Shown here piece after piece: positions 38,932 to 50,687 of a stretch of 64,000 nt of DNA. Numbering within the stretch: the stretch's first letter is position 1; every line of letters begins with the position of its first letter. Position numbers and translations under genes: made by a program. Under the pieces are notes generated by a model. That model saw only the letters and a program-made list of their open reading frames with translations. It had not been told where the DNA came from and did no database searches. This DNA is from Heteronotia binoei (lineage: Eukaryota), in the NCBI RefSeq assembly GCF_032191835.1, contig NC_083227.1, forward strand, positions 102,052,001 through 102,116,000. Direction: 5' to 3'.

Positions 38932-39048
38932 CTCTATACAATATGCACACAGAATTGGCATTGCCAGTCCACAAACAGTCCACCGAAATGCCTGTAGAGT
39001 CCTAAATGCTGACCAGAAAACTGGAGCGCTCAAAACCCCTTGATCTTC

Positions 39049-39116
39049 TTATATGTAATCTGTATTGAAATCATAGGCATCATCGAGGTCACCAGCCTCT
39101 ATGCGGAGCTGTCTAC
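39049..39116 (-). CDS. GNL3: GNL3 exon 15 (last coding)
   Basis: ...DDAYDFNTDYI*, matching DDAYDFSTDYV; acceptor after a (tc)n tract; an in-frame alternative acceptor gives an exon start at 39158. Confidence 0.88.
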
Positions 39117-39207
39117 CTACAGCAGACAAGAGAGAGAGACTGAAATCAATGGTTTGTTCTGAGTAGCAATGTGGAAATAAGTTTTGAGAGCTCCATTTAA
39201 CATGCAC

Positions 39208-39271
39208 CTGTAGGCAACTTCCCCCATTTTGCATTCTTTGCTTCCAGCTCTTCAGAGTGTGTTTTGTTTTT
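39208..39271 (-). CDS. GNL3: GNL3 exon 14
   Basis: tttcag/gtgcat boundaries; phase 0-1 links exons 13 and 15; sequence is poorly conserved. Confidence 0.7.
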
Positions 39272-39824
39272 CTGAAATAAAATGATAAAAGGATACAACT
39301 GAGTGGTGCTTTGGGAAGATAAACCATCAAGGGTATTTAGGATTATTCTTTCAAACAACAGCCTGCAGTTAGTTACTATGACTTCCCACTTTCAGATGGA
39401 ATTGAGGCTGGAAGACTGACTTAGTTGCCCATTCTAGCCCTGTTCACATTACAGTGAATGCATGTACAATCTGTGCACAGTATACACCTCATTTTTTAAA
39501 AATATAGATGTTGAGTAATTGAACTTTAGTAGTACACGATACAACCTCCCATGCTGAGTAAATGAACTTTAGCAGAACATGATACAATCTCCTATTTAAC
39601 CAAGTACTAGAACCTAATTTCAAATGCAAAGTGAATGCATATTGGCTTTTTTTTTTGCGCAAAGAGATGTATACATGTACATACAGGAAATGTGCAATCA
39701 CTGTAATATGAATGCTTCTATATAACCAGGACCAAAATGCCATTCCTTCTTCATTAGGAAAACTCAGTATGTGTACTAAAGAGCACAGTGTTAGAACTAA
39801 GTCTCTTAAAGCTTGCACTTTTAC

Positions 39825-40000
39825 CTCTTCGCTTTCCACTCCATCCTCCTTGTCTTCAGATAATTCCTCAGCATCTTCACTCATTTCTATGCTCTTTTTT
39901 TCCATTACTTCCCCTGGCAGTTCAGTATCCTCTATAATACCATCAGTGAAGCCAGGAGACTGAAACGCAATGCTGCTTGCCTTATTTGGGTGTTTACTAG
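39825..40000 (-). CDS. GNL3: GNL3 exon 13 (acidic region)
   Basis: ASSIAFQSPGFTDGIIED followed by an acidic tract; cag/gtaaaa boundaries. Confidence 0.9.
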
Positions 40001-40173
40001 CTGTAGAAGAAATGCTGATTAACCATGACACCATATTAGCACACTGGCAAAACCATCCAGCCTGGTCCTTCTAAAGAAGAAATCCTACCCCATTTCTGGA
40101 TAATGGGAAAACCCAGTCCCAGTATTTGGGGGTGAGGCTTAGTTTTGCTTCATCTCAGTCATATTCAAGATGG

Positions 40174-40479
40174 GAAAGGAAAGGTCCCCTGTGCAAGCAC
40201 CAGTCATTTCCAACTCTGGGGTGACGTTGCTTTCACAATGTTTTCACGGCAGACTTTTTACGGGGTGGTTTGCCATTGCCTTCCCCAGTCTTTTTTTTTT
40301 ACACTCCCCCGCCCCCGCAAGCTGGGTTCTCATTTTACCGACCTTGAAAGGATGGAAAGCTGAGTCAACCTCGAGCCGGCTCCCTGAAAACCCAGCTTCC
40401 ACCGGGGATCGAACTCAGGTTGTGAGCAGAGCTTAGGACTGCAGTACTGCTGCTTTACCACTCTGCGCCACGGGGCCAC
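40174..40479 (-). mobile_element. Full-length Sauria-type SINE
   Basis: tRNA-like head, tail gtgcttgcacaggggacctttcc, 12-bp TSD tattcaagatgg (40162-40173, 40480-40491). Confidence 0.88.
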
Positions 40480-40747
40480 TATTCAAGATGGCAATTGGTT
40501 TATTTTCCCTCACAGAACATGGCAGTGGTGGAGAATTAAACCTGCCTTTATCTGCATCTAGATATTAGCAAAATAACTAGCATAATGGGGGGAAGATGCA
40601 GCAAGCCTAGCATCCCAGACAGGCAGCTGCTGCTGATCTCCTACTGGGATGCAGGGTAGGCCAGACGCTCCACAGGTTTATTGACAACCTGGGTTATCCC
40701 AGGGGCCAAGGGGAGGGGGAGGGATTTACTGGTATAGCTCCTTTGTC

Positions 40748-40807
40748 TGGTCAGAGCTGAGTTGTAACCCAAGGTCAGGCAGAGGCACTGAGGTCCTATC
40801 ACTTCCA
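40748..40807 (-). ncRNA. Candidate C/D snoRNA (guide ACAACTCAGCT), GNL3 intron 12
   Basis: C-like GTGATAG, internal CTGA, D box CTGA, tgg/cca stem; 15 nt identical to the intron 7 candidate. Confidence 0.55.
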
Positions 40808-41231
40808 CTCTACTCCTCCACTCCCACTCTTGCAGGGCAGTAGTGACAATTATGGAAACAGGGAACAGTTGTAACAGGAGGTGGGGTCTGGTGGCTCAGG
40901 ACTCAAACAAGAGGACACCGAACCCTACCATGGAAGTCCCACCTCCTGAGTGGGGGTCACTGGCAGCTGCAAGGTTTATGTTGTTTATGGGGAGGTAATA
41001 AGCCTGTTATAACTTGGCTTGGCTCCTGAACTACAAGGAAGAAGGCTGGGGAGAGAAGGAGGTCTACGCTAAAAACCGCTGCCTCCTCACCTCAGAGGCC
41101 AGCAGGAGCCAGAGAATATGAATTCAGGCAGCAGGGAAGGTGGGGCCCCAGTCCCAACAATAGTCTAAAAAATAACTTGGCATGACCTTTCTGAAAAGCA
41201 TGCCCCAAACGTAAGGGTTGTTTAGCCTTAC

Positions 41232-41368
41232 CTTTCAAGGTGGTTTTGTTATCTTCTTCCAGATCATCAAAATTAAAAGCTAGTTTTACTGCTGCTAAAG
41301 CTTCAGCGGAGAGGTGTGGTGATGGGATCCACAATGCAGGGGGTTGTGAGTAATAACTCATTTTGGCA
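41232..41368 (-). CDS. GNL3: GNL3 exon 12
   Basis: AKMSYYSQPP...FNFDDLEEDN. Confidence 0.93.
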
Positions 41369-41771
41369 CTGAGAAAAAATGTTGTTTACAGAAGTATGAA
41401 ACATCACCCACTCAAAACAGCAATGGTTCACACATTATCAGTCTTTGGACTTCATAAACTACATGTGGGGGGGGAAGAGACAAAAATACACCTATTGGGT
41501 GTATATACTACTAATGCCTCTATATCACACCTTCTACTGTTATCAAAAGCAACTGCTGTTTCAGATACTAACTGCCCCTGCAATATCATCCTTTAGTGCA
41601 CAGGACATAGAACATACACAATCCTCCTATGTCAAATGACACACAGCGTTTCATTCCACATGTAAAATTAATAACTTGTCCTTTGCCAACCATTTTTTAA
41701 TATAGTGGCTACCAAGAGGAGTTGATCTCAGTGGGTCCCAAGTTCTTCCAGACAACTTAATAAATATTTAC

Positions 41772-41914
41772 CCTGTCCAGTCACACAGCACTAATTTAGC
41801 TGCAGCTTCTACATTAGGAACACCTTTCTTTTTCAGCATTCCTCTCTTCTGTGCAAGTAGTGTTAAAAACTCCAAAGGATTTCCATAATTCGGAATATTG
41901 TAATACATCATGAT
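41772..41914 (-). CDS. GNL3: GNL3 exon 11
   Basis: LEFLTLLAQKRGMLKKKGVPNVEAAAKLVLCDWTG. Confidence 0.96.
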
Positions 41915-42188
41915 CTGAAATAAAAAGAAAACCCAATCAAATGTATCATTCTCAATTTCTGCTGAATAAATCATTCTTGCATAATCTCAGCATTACGTGC
42001 ACAAACAGGGAAGTGCTACATTAATGTTTTTGATTCCCCCTCCCCCCAAATCCTTGTCACCTGGCTGTTCACAGCAAGAGCAGCAGGTTCTTGCTCCAGT
42101 TCCAAATATCTGGGCCAATACCACACTCTGCTATGGCAGAAAGCATAACTGGGCTGGCCCTTCTTGGGAAGCACCATCAGGCAATAGC

Positions 42189-42253
42189 AAGATCAGAGTT
42201 GGATCTGATGTCTTCACTGTCATAATAAGACACAACAGATATCCTCATTTCCC
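42189..42253 (-). ncRNA. SNORD19: C/D box snoRNA, SNORD19 family (GNL3 intron 10)
   Basis: C box ATGAGGA, identical guide plus D box (cagatccaactCTGA), similar internal sequence to the intron 8 copy. Confidence 0.86.
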
Positions 42254-42520
42254 ACACTGCCAGCATGGTGTTAGATATAACTCAATTCAGTTAAACACAT
42301 AAGCTCTGAGCAGAAGAAGCATAAAGACCTGGATCACACTTTTCTGACCATATGCTAATTCACACCAGTCCACCTAAGGAATGGGCAAGGCAAATTCTCC
42401 AACAGTGACTATGTTGGCCAGAAAGCAAAAGGACCCCCTTTTTCATTAACATAGTATAATATGCAAGCTCTAAAACATCAGAGGCTAAGAAAAGATTAAG
42501 GAACTACACAGTAGCTTTAC

Positions 42521-42695
42521 CTGCTGTTTGCTGCAGTGCTTCAAAATTGCATCTACTGAATCAAATAAATTAGCAGAATCAACATCTGTTGTGCTTCTCA
42601 GTACTAGTGCATGAGGAGGGTTGGAAGGTGCCACAATAATGCTAGGACTATCTAACATTCTGATTTGGTTGTCAATGTTAACAATCTGCATGCAC
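42521..42695 (-). CDS. GNL3: GNL3 exon 10
   Basis: MQIVNIDNQIRMLDSPSII (G3-like DSPS). Confidence 0.95.
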
Positions 42696-43311
42696 CTTTG
42701 AAAGAATATACACAAGAAAAATTGGTTCAAACAAATTAGGAAGCATCTGATAAAGAAACAGTATAAAGAAACAAAATGTTAAAATTTGAGCAAAATGAAT
42801 CACCCTGGAAAGCCAATGGCAATATTTCATGGACTTTATGAATATACGACCACTTGTGGAGATCACTCCTGAAACATGCAAGGTCTGTTCTCTGCTTTGT
42901 CACTGAGTCACACTTGGTTCAAGTCCCTCCAAGCTCTTATCCAATAAGAGAACAATAAAGTTAAAATAATTGGTTCAGGTTAGCAGTATTCTTCCCTTAA
43001 ATAAATTTAATGAAAAACTCTCAGCATTTTTTTAACAAATAACATTCAACACCTTGTACTATCAATGCAAAAGGGAGAAAAATGCAGCCTAAATATTCCA
43101 TTATGTCAATAAATATTAGTCAAAAATTCATTTATTTAATAGAATCTGTTCCAGTTACCACTAACACATCTCCATTTTCTGCAACTAAGAAGAAAATAGC
43201 TGTTACAGTTTCTGTGCACAGATGCAGAGAATGAGCAAATAAAAGCCGAACCACATGAAATATCATCGATGACAAGCTCAAAATGAACTGCTTCACAAAA
43301 AACAAACTAAC

Positions 43312-43399
43312 TTCGTAAGGCCTCTCATAGGTCCCACGTTGCAGACACGTGCCTCTTTCAGACTATTGACAATGCTGCTTTTCCCTACATTGGGAAAAC
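43312..43399 (-). CDS. GNL3: GNL3 exon 9 (P-loop)
   Basis: [15 protein letters not shown]...GLT. Confidence 0.97.
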
Positions 43400-44142
43400 C
43401 TGAAGATAAGCACACACATTATAAATGTATTAAGTACACCTTATATGCCATACCAAATACAAAATAGTACAAAGGGGAATATTTTGCAAAGGATGAAAAA
43501 ATGCCAAGTTTTACCACGTGAATGGCATGCTCTCCCTCCAGAGGCAGGTATCTTTTTTCTCTGTTTCCTCCTTTTGATATACCAAGTAGCAATGCTTATA
43601 TTTCAGGTAAACTCTAAGCAATCACCATATCCATGCTTTAAGCCCAGAATCACTTCTAATTTTAATGCAGCCTAAGCGTGCTTAACTGCACAGGCTCTCA
43701 TTTATCCCTTTCTTTGTACCCTAAATCTATTTATTCTCTAATGAATTATGAATGCCTTGGAGGAAAGGAATTTGTCTTTTAAAAAATGCTGTAAGACAGC
43801 AGCTACATTGAAAATAACTGTTCCTACCATTTTGAAACAAGTGGCAGAAGCAAGCAAGGAAACTTTCATTCTTTCTCCCATATAGAAGCTGAGAGCTATA
43901 GGCAGTCAAGCACTGTCCCATTTTTATTCAAATTCCTTGAGATGGAGGGAGGTTCATCAAGTTTCCTCCACTTTGTAAAACTGAATCTATATCACTATTT
44001 TCTCTTCTTCCCCATGTCCTTTCAACACCAAAGAGGCAAGGAAATTTTTGGAGATGCATTGCCATTTTTCTGATTTTTAGCAGCATTTTGTTGTCAGTGA
44101 AATATTTTTCATATAGAACCTTTTTAAAGCTGCTTGTAGAGC

Positions 44143-44207
44143 AAGATCAGAGTTGGATCTGAAGTCTCCACTGTAACAGTAAGACATAGAGTGTGTCATC
44201 ATTTCTC
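44143..44207 (-). ncRNA. SNORD19: C/D box snoRNA, SNORD19 family (GNL3 intron 8)
   Basis: C box ATGATGA, D box CTGA, short terminal stem. Guide AGATCCAACT is complementary to 18S AGUUGGAUCU (G683 site by the +5 rule). GNL3 is the known host. Confidence 0.88.
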
Positions 44208-45198
44208 ACTCCAGAACAGGCAAGCCCCCCCAAAAAAAGTATCCTCCTTAAGTGCCTTGTCAGGTATGCCTCTGAGAAGAAGATACTGAAGAATGCAAAG
44301 GGCTGTATCAGGGGGAATTAGCATCTAGGATCCAAAACCTCTGGTGTTTCACTGGCCACTGGAGCTATTCAAACCTTCTATTAATAAAACAGTCCCTTGT
44401 CAATACTGAAAAGCTGCACCTGTGCATCAGATAGCTTGCTGAGTTGAACTCAACATAAGCAATCAGATACAGATGGAAAGCAAACCAACCCCTAGGTACC
44501 CAAGAGCATGCTAAGAACTTTTAAAATTGTGGCCAAGGTCAGTCAATTACTGTATTCCAATATATTTTTATATTAGCATTTTAACAGAGCAGAGTAGACT
44601 CCAGCTTCGTTCTACAGAAAAATGTTATTTTAACCCTTAGAAGAGACCAACAGAACATTACAACAGATTCTAGTTTATTACGTTTCATACTTAGGAGGCC
44701 TGGTGATGTGGATATCACTCCAATTCTGACATTTATTGCCGTTGCTGTTTTTTCTGTCCAGTCAACCCAGGCTGACAGCTGCCTGACCCCAACTTGCTAT
44801 TCTTTTAGTCCACTAAAACAATTTTCACTATTTTGCATACTAGTTCACTGCCCACTATATACGTAGGACCGCTAATGCCATCTGATACTATTTCTGATGA
44901 AGTGTGCGTTTAGCACACGAAAGCTTACATTCTCAACAAAACTGTTGGATTAAAGGTGCTACAGGACTCCAGCTTTGTTCTATTGCTTCAGACCAACACG
45001 GCTGCCCACCTGGAAATATCTATTACTGCTCAAGACACTGCTGCCTCTATTGCCAGGTTTTGGGTTGCTGTAAAAGCAACAACAGAGGAAAAAGTGCAAG
45101 ATTTTGAATGCTGCAGAGCAGTTAAAACCATGAATGCTACATGCTTAAATAAGCATCACAGTTCCTACAAACTGAAGAAGGAGTTAAAATGTACTTAC

Positions 45199-45322
45199 CT
45201 ACTACACCAACTTGTACAACTTTCTCTTTCACCGTACTATGCTCCTGAAGAAGTTTTACCAGACAGTCACCTCCGAAGCACAGGCTGGCCAATGATAGAT
45301 CAATTTTAGTAACCCTCTTTGC
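45199..45322 (-). CDS. GNL3: GNL3 exon 8
   Basis: CFGGDCLVKLL...VQVGVV; cag/gtaagt boundaries. Confidence 0.92.
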
Positions 45323-45953
45323 CTGGTGTAAATTTAAATTAATATAAAAAAAATCACTTCATTTACAATTTAATTTATTACAACAAATTTTAGCATGAAG
45401 ACTTTATAATGGTTCTTATGAGGTTACTTATTACATCATACAGCAGAATAAACTAGAAAACATGAAAATATTGCAGATTACAGATAGAAATGCTAACAGG
45501 TGGTTATCCTGGACCTTTAAACAATCATGTTACATTATGCTATATATATCATTCATAAAAATTATGAAATACTCTTATGTTAATATGCAACTATAGCGTG
45601 TCACATCATGCATTTGTCAAACTAATTGCTATACAGTTTTACACGTTAAGAAATATCCTTAGCATCTGTAAAATTCCCCATATATTGTGCAATCATAACA
45701 AAACTTAATACACGTATTTCCTCCTTTCCCTTTTTTCTGTATCCCCATTAAAATTTTAAAATTTAAATTAGAAAGGATATAAAACATCAGCACCAAGGCA
45801 TATAAAAGTGCACTATCCTAGTTTTGGGAGAATAATTGGGGGAACTCCACTGACATGCTGAGCTATGCTATTAACAAACACTCATAACGTCAGTCTTCTA
45901 AGTAGGTGGTAAAAACCAACTACAATTCTTCCAAAACAAGTGGTAGGAGAAGA

Positions 45954-46023
45954 TGGTTTCAGAGCTGAGTTGTGGTTATTTAAAGACAAAAGACAGCAGA
46001 ATGATCCTATTCCATCATTATTT
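45954..46023 (-). ncRNA. Candidate C/D snoRNA (guide ACAACTCAGCT), GNL3 intron 7
   Basis: C-like ATGATGG, ACAACTCAGCT-CTGA; no clear terminal stem. Confidence 0.45.
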
Positions 46024-46654
46024 ACACTTGCCCTGGGATCCTTGGACAAACCAATTTAGAACCCAACAGGGAAGACCAAGCTTTCAATAGCAATTTTGTT
46101 TATTTACTGAAGGTGAGTAGTGTCTTTGAAATCATCATCATCATTTATTGATGCTTACAGACCAATTAATCATAAGCATATAAAAGATACAAAATCAATC
46201 CAAAATACATGTAAGTCATAAAATTTGCTATCTATAAAGCATTAAAATTAAACATGAATGTCTTTCATCCTGGTTAACACTATCATTTAATCACTTCCCT
46301 CTTAGCTTCCCACCTCAATTTACAGGGACAAGGTGGATGATGCAGTACTTATAATGTGTAATACAGGAAAAGATGGTGGCGGCAGCAGCAAGCTGAGTGT
46401 ATCTCTCTGGATATCACAAGTTTTAACTGGTTCTATATATTCTTTTTTCCTTCTGATAACGAGCTTTTAGTTTCTGGGCCAGCTGTCCTACTCCCTTACT
46501 TAATGTTTTTTTACGGCAGGCAAATAAGATGGGGAAAACAAGCTTGCAAATTATGTTCTTCACCTTTTAACAAGAATTATTTCTTTTCACAATGTTCATT
46601 CAAAAAGTCACCATCTCTTTCAGCAGTATGAAGGGGAGGGTGGGTTGTTCTTAC

Positions 46655-46758
46655 CGCTGTTCTGTCTTTTTTCTGCATTGCAGATTTAAATGCAACAGTT
46701 GGAATTTCCTTATTTAAATAATGCAACCATTTCTCTAAGTTCTCCTTCGGTATCAGAT
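46655..46758 (-). CDS. GNL3: GNL3 exon 7
   Basis: DLIPKENLEKWLHYLNKEIPTVAFKS. Confidence 0.96.
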
Positions 46759-47641
46759 CTGAAAAAAATAGCGCTGTTCTTACTCTAACAAAAAGTGGCT
46801 TCAAAAATAAATCTAATGGTAAGAGATTTCTTTCACAATATTCAGATGATTATTAACAAATTACAGCTTGTGACAAGAACAAGAAAGCCAGGAAGTCCAA
46901 ATAGGGTGGTTTTAATGACTTGCAGCCTGTTTCTTGCTTACAAACAAGAATTAAAGTATGATCTGCAATTCTGATTTGTAAACATGAACAGGCTCTGATT
47001 TCCATTTCATCCAAAAGAGACATCACAACAAACTATATTTCAAACCAAGATGTATGTACTCTATGAGCAAAGTAGAAAGGGAAGAGAGGGAGCACATGAC
47101 CTTGTGGACTCCTGAAGTCCATACCTGGACATCTTAAAGCAGACACAAGTTTTTGGTAATTAACTTTGCTCTTTTTTGAAATTCACAAAGAACAGGATAA
47201 ATACTGGAAAAGGTAGCTCCCTTACAATAAATTGCCCGCCCCACCCCGGCTTAGTTTGGCCCTAGGACTTCACAAGCAGCTCACTATTTGGAATTCAACA
47301 GGTGAAGATTTTCAGCGTGGAGGCAGCAGTTATCTGCTAATGTCTCCACATCAAGCTATGTTAAAAGGGAAAAAGTGGCTAAAAACTTGGCAACCTTACA
47401 CCCACAAAAATAGTAAGCTCAGTCAATCTGACAGTCTTCAGAAATTTGTCAGTACATTTTTATATCTTCCCCACTGCTCACATCCCAATGAAAAATCATT
47501 TATCTGATTAATAAAGTGGTCTACTGCCCAGTTAAGCTTTAGAGCTTCAGTATAAACTAATCCAGTTCGATTTTATTTATTTATCCACTTAACTGGGCCA
47601 TGAACAGAGTTAACTGATATGCTCCAATACATTTCACGTAC

Positions 47642-47777
47642 CAATTTTGTTTAAAACCAGCAGCAATGGTTTGCCTCCATCTGACTGACCAACAAACTGT
47701 TCCACCTGTGGGCACCGACAGCCTAGTGGATCTCTTGCATCTAAAACTTCCAACACCACATCAGAAGCCTCAATCAC
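47642..47777 (-). CDS. GNL3: GNL3 exon 6
   Basis: [26 protein letters not shown]...LVLNKI. Confidence 0.97.
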
Positions 47778-47919
47778 CTAAAGAGAAACCAGGTAAAGAT
47801 GCATATTCTCAGCTTCAAAGTTAAAACTTTCAAAGAGGAAAAAGACTGACTCTTAAATCAATATGCCTGCACCACTATTCTCAGCCATATCTTTTATCTG
47901 CCTCCCATCTTCAGTTATA

Positions 47920-48142
47920 TTTTGCTTATTTCATTTATACCTCACATTACTCCACAGTGGGGACCAAAGCTGCTTACATTACTCTCCTCTTCTCCTTTTT
48001 ATCTTCACAACCATAGGAGGTAGCTTAGGCTGAAAGTATGCAACTTCCACAACACCACCTAGCTTCTATGGCAGACTGGTGTTTTGAATCCAAATCTCCC
48101 AGACCCTACTCTGCAACTCTAACTGCTGTACCACACTGGCTT
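47920..48142 (-). mobile_element. Degenerate Squam3-like SINE
   Basis: Reverse-strand tRNA-like head (ccagtgtggtacagcagttagag). Confidence 0.6.
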
Positions 48143-49493
48143 TACTAGGATTGCTCTGTTCAAACAGTAGCAAGCTGTCAGGGTTACGGAGGTCATTAAC
48201 TTGGGTAATATAAAGTCACAGTGGTTGCTGCCAAACCTGGCCCAGAGTCCTCCCTCAAAGGCCAAAACAGCCCTAGAGAGGGCCTTTCTTCCTCACCTTG
48301 CCTTTTACTGACAGAAGTCCAGAATGCTGTGGTTGCCTTACAAATTCCACTGAAGTCTTCTGTTTTTTAAAACTACAGGTGTTCCTTGTATCATCATTTA
48401 GGGTTTCTTAAAAACATCTGATTTTTCTGCAAACTTGGAGCATTTTTCAGGTTTGTAAGAAGATCTGTCCTGCCCTTCACCACTTCAGTCACTAGACTTA
48501 AATTATCCTCAGATTTGGCTGACTTTGCTATTACAACATATGATCAGGTTGAAAGAAGTGAATGAGATACTTGTTTTCATTTTTAATTCTTTTATTCAGT
48601 GCTGAGATTTTTTGCACATTTTATTAATTGAAGCTCTGGATGGATTTTCATTTACTCTGTTCCATACTGCTCTTCTTTTTGTGCTGCCAGTTGATCATGG
48701 TAACATTCTGCTATTTTAGTAGAGTTTATGTTGAAAATGTTGACATTTGTTTTATGTAAATGACTATAACAAAGAACTGTGTCTTATGATACTGAAAACA
48801 ATTAAGTGATCCTTTCAAAGCAGTATTAGATTCAGCTGTACTAGAGATGGTGCTTTTTTAACCAATATTAGATGAACAGTTACTACTAAACATGTATATG
48901 ACTTCAAAAGCATAGAGTGAGGCAGAAAAAGCAGAGAAGATATGGAGAGAAAAGGGAAATGTGGGAAGAGGAATACAGGAGAAAGTGATGCGTCCTCCCC
49001 CCAAGTTCTTGAGGGTTCTCCAACATGCAACTGGGCCTGGCCCAGCAGCCAGCATCACACAATTGGGCATAGTTTCCCCCGATAACGACCTAGGGATGGG
49101 AGCTGAAGACAGAGGGGGACAGATAAAGGTAGATTAGCTGTTAGGTGGGAAGGAGAAAGAAGCAGGGAAAGGGGAGAGGCTATGGGGGCTTTCAGGGAAA
49201 GGAAAAAGGAAATAGTGGGGAAATTAGATGCCCCCCACAAGTCCTTGAGGTTCCTGCTTGTAGTTTTATAAACACATGCAACTACTTTGATTTTTTCTGA
49301 GATCAATGGGGGATCCATCTAAAATACAACTAATAGTTTTATATAGGAATGAAATGACAATTATTATTTTTATTACTTTTAAAATGTAGTTCCACCCACA
49401 TGGTTAATTTATAATTTAAAACTATAGCACATCAGGATTACACTATAAATGGAACATTTTCAACAAGAATGCCAAGAACAGAAGAAACTTTAC

Positions 49494-49577
49494 CTTTTTA
49501 AGTTCCTTGCAGAAGAATTGCTTTGAATTTTTATTTATCTGCTGTTTTGGGTTTGCTTTGGGTTTAGAGGTTGATTC
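49494..49577 (-). CDS. GNL3: GNL3 exon 5
   Basis: ...KNSKQFFCKELKK; tag/gtaaag boundaries. Confidence 0.93.
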
Positions 49578-49829
49578 CTACAGTAAAATATTTGGGAATA
49601 TAGAAGAACATAGAGAAATTACAACTCTAATATCACATGTAACATAAATATTGATAAAGACTGATTTTTTTTTAGCTTCACCTGCATTATATCTGGTAGA
49701 GCCCCCCAAGACCAAAACACATAACTAAAATTTGAAATGAAAAATATAAAAATTTTTCAACATGAACCACTGGTTTAAATTTAAACATGTACTACCTGTA
49801 ATTCAAAGAAATCATCATGTTCAACTCTC

Positions 49830-50190
49830 AAAATACTAGAACTCGAGGGCATCCAATGAAATCGATGAGCAGTAGGTTCAGGATGAACAAAAGCAAATAC
49901 TTCTTTACTCAGAGAGTGATTAAAATGTGAAATCTGAGGATGTAGTGATGGCCACAGGAATAAGCAGCTTTAAAAGGGAATTCATACTAGCCATGATGAC
50001 TGGGGGGAACCTCCACATTCAGAGGCACTAAGCCTTCTGAATCGCAGAGCCAGGAGGCAACATCAGGGGAAGGCCTTGGCCTCTGCTTTGTCGTCAGCTG
50101 TCCAGAGAAACTGGTTGGCCACTGTGTTACACAGGATGCTGGACTAGATGGACCACTGGTCTGATCCAACAGGGTTCTTATGCTCTTAAC
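49830..50190 (+). mobile_element. CR1 LINE 3' end
   Basis: RGHPMK...FRMNKSKYFFTQRV remnant followed by the 3' UTR ending cttatgctcttaa. Confidence 0.78.
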
Positions 50191-50521
50191 TGAGTCTTAT
50201 GTCAGACCAAAGTAATATTCTCTATATGCCAACTTCACTGTCAAAGTAAGTACTGGTTGTGCAAGCAACTCATTTACCAGCACATAAATTACTTTTAAAT
50301 GGTTGCCAACACAACATATTAATCAAAGCAAAATATGCATTTCTAACTCAAGCTTACTTCTGAAAGACCAATCCAACTGCTTTGGGAGGTACCCAAACCA
50401 ACTGGATCAGCCATTCACTTGGTGCAGGCAAATGAAACTTAGGACCCAGCCTACTGACTACTTATGTTGGTACAAATGCACCACTATGGTAGGATCACAC
50501 CAACAGGCAGTTTCTTCACTC

Positions 50522-50687
50522 CAAGGCTTTTTTTGTAGCAGGAACTCTTTTGCATATTAGGCCACACACCCTGATGTAGCCAATCCCTCCTGGAGCTTAC
50601 AGCAGGTTCTGTAAGTTCTTGGAGGACTGGCTACATCAGGGGTGTGCGGCCTAATATGGAAAGGAGTTCTTGCTACAAAAAAGCCTG
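50522..50687. mobile_element. Hairpin-type hAT MITE
   Basis: Long inverted arms; TSD cttcactc/tttcactc. Confidence 0.8.

Noticed and set aside
39489-39824. ORF continuing past GNL3 exon 13
   Set aside because: Read-through into intron and MITE sequence beyond a good donor; no homology.
43200-43300. Hairpin with a tcatcgatga dyad and ACA near its end (H/ACA-like)
   Set aside because: No ANANNA hinge or second hairpin, and it lies too close to the exon 9 donor.
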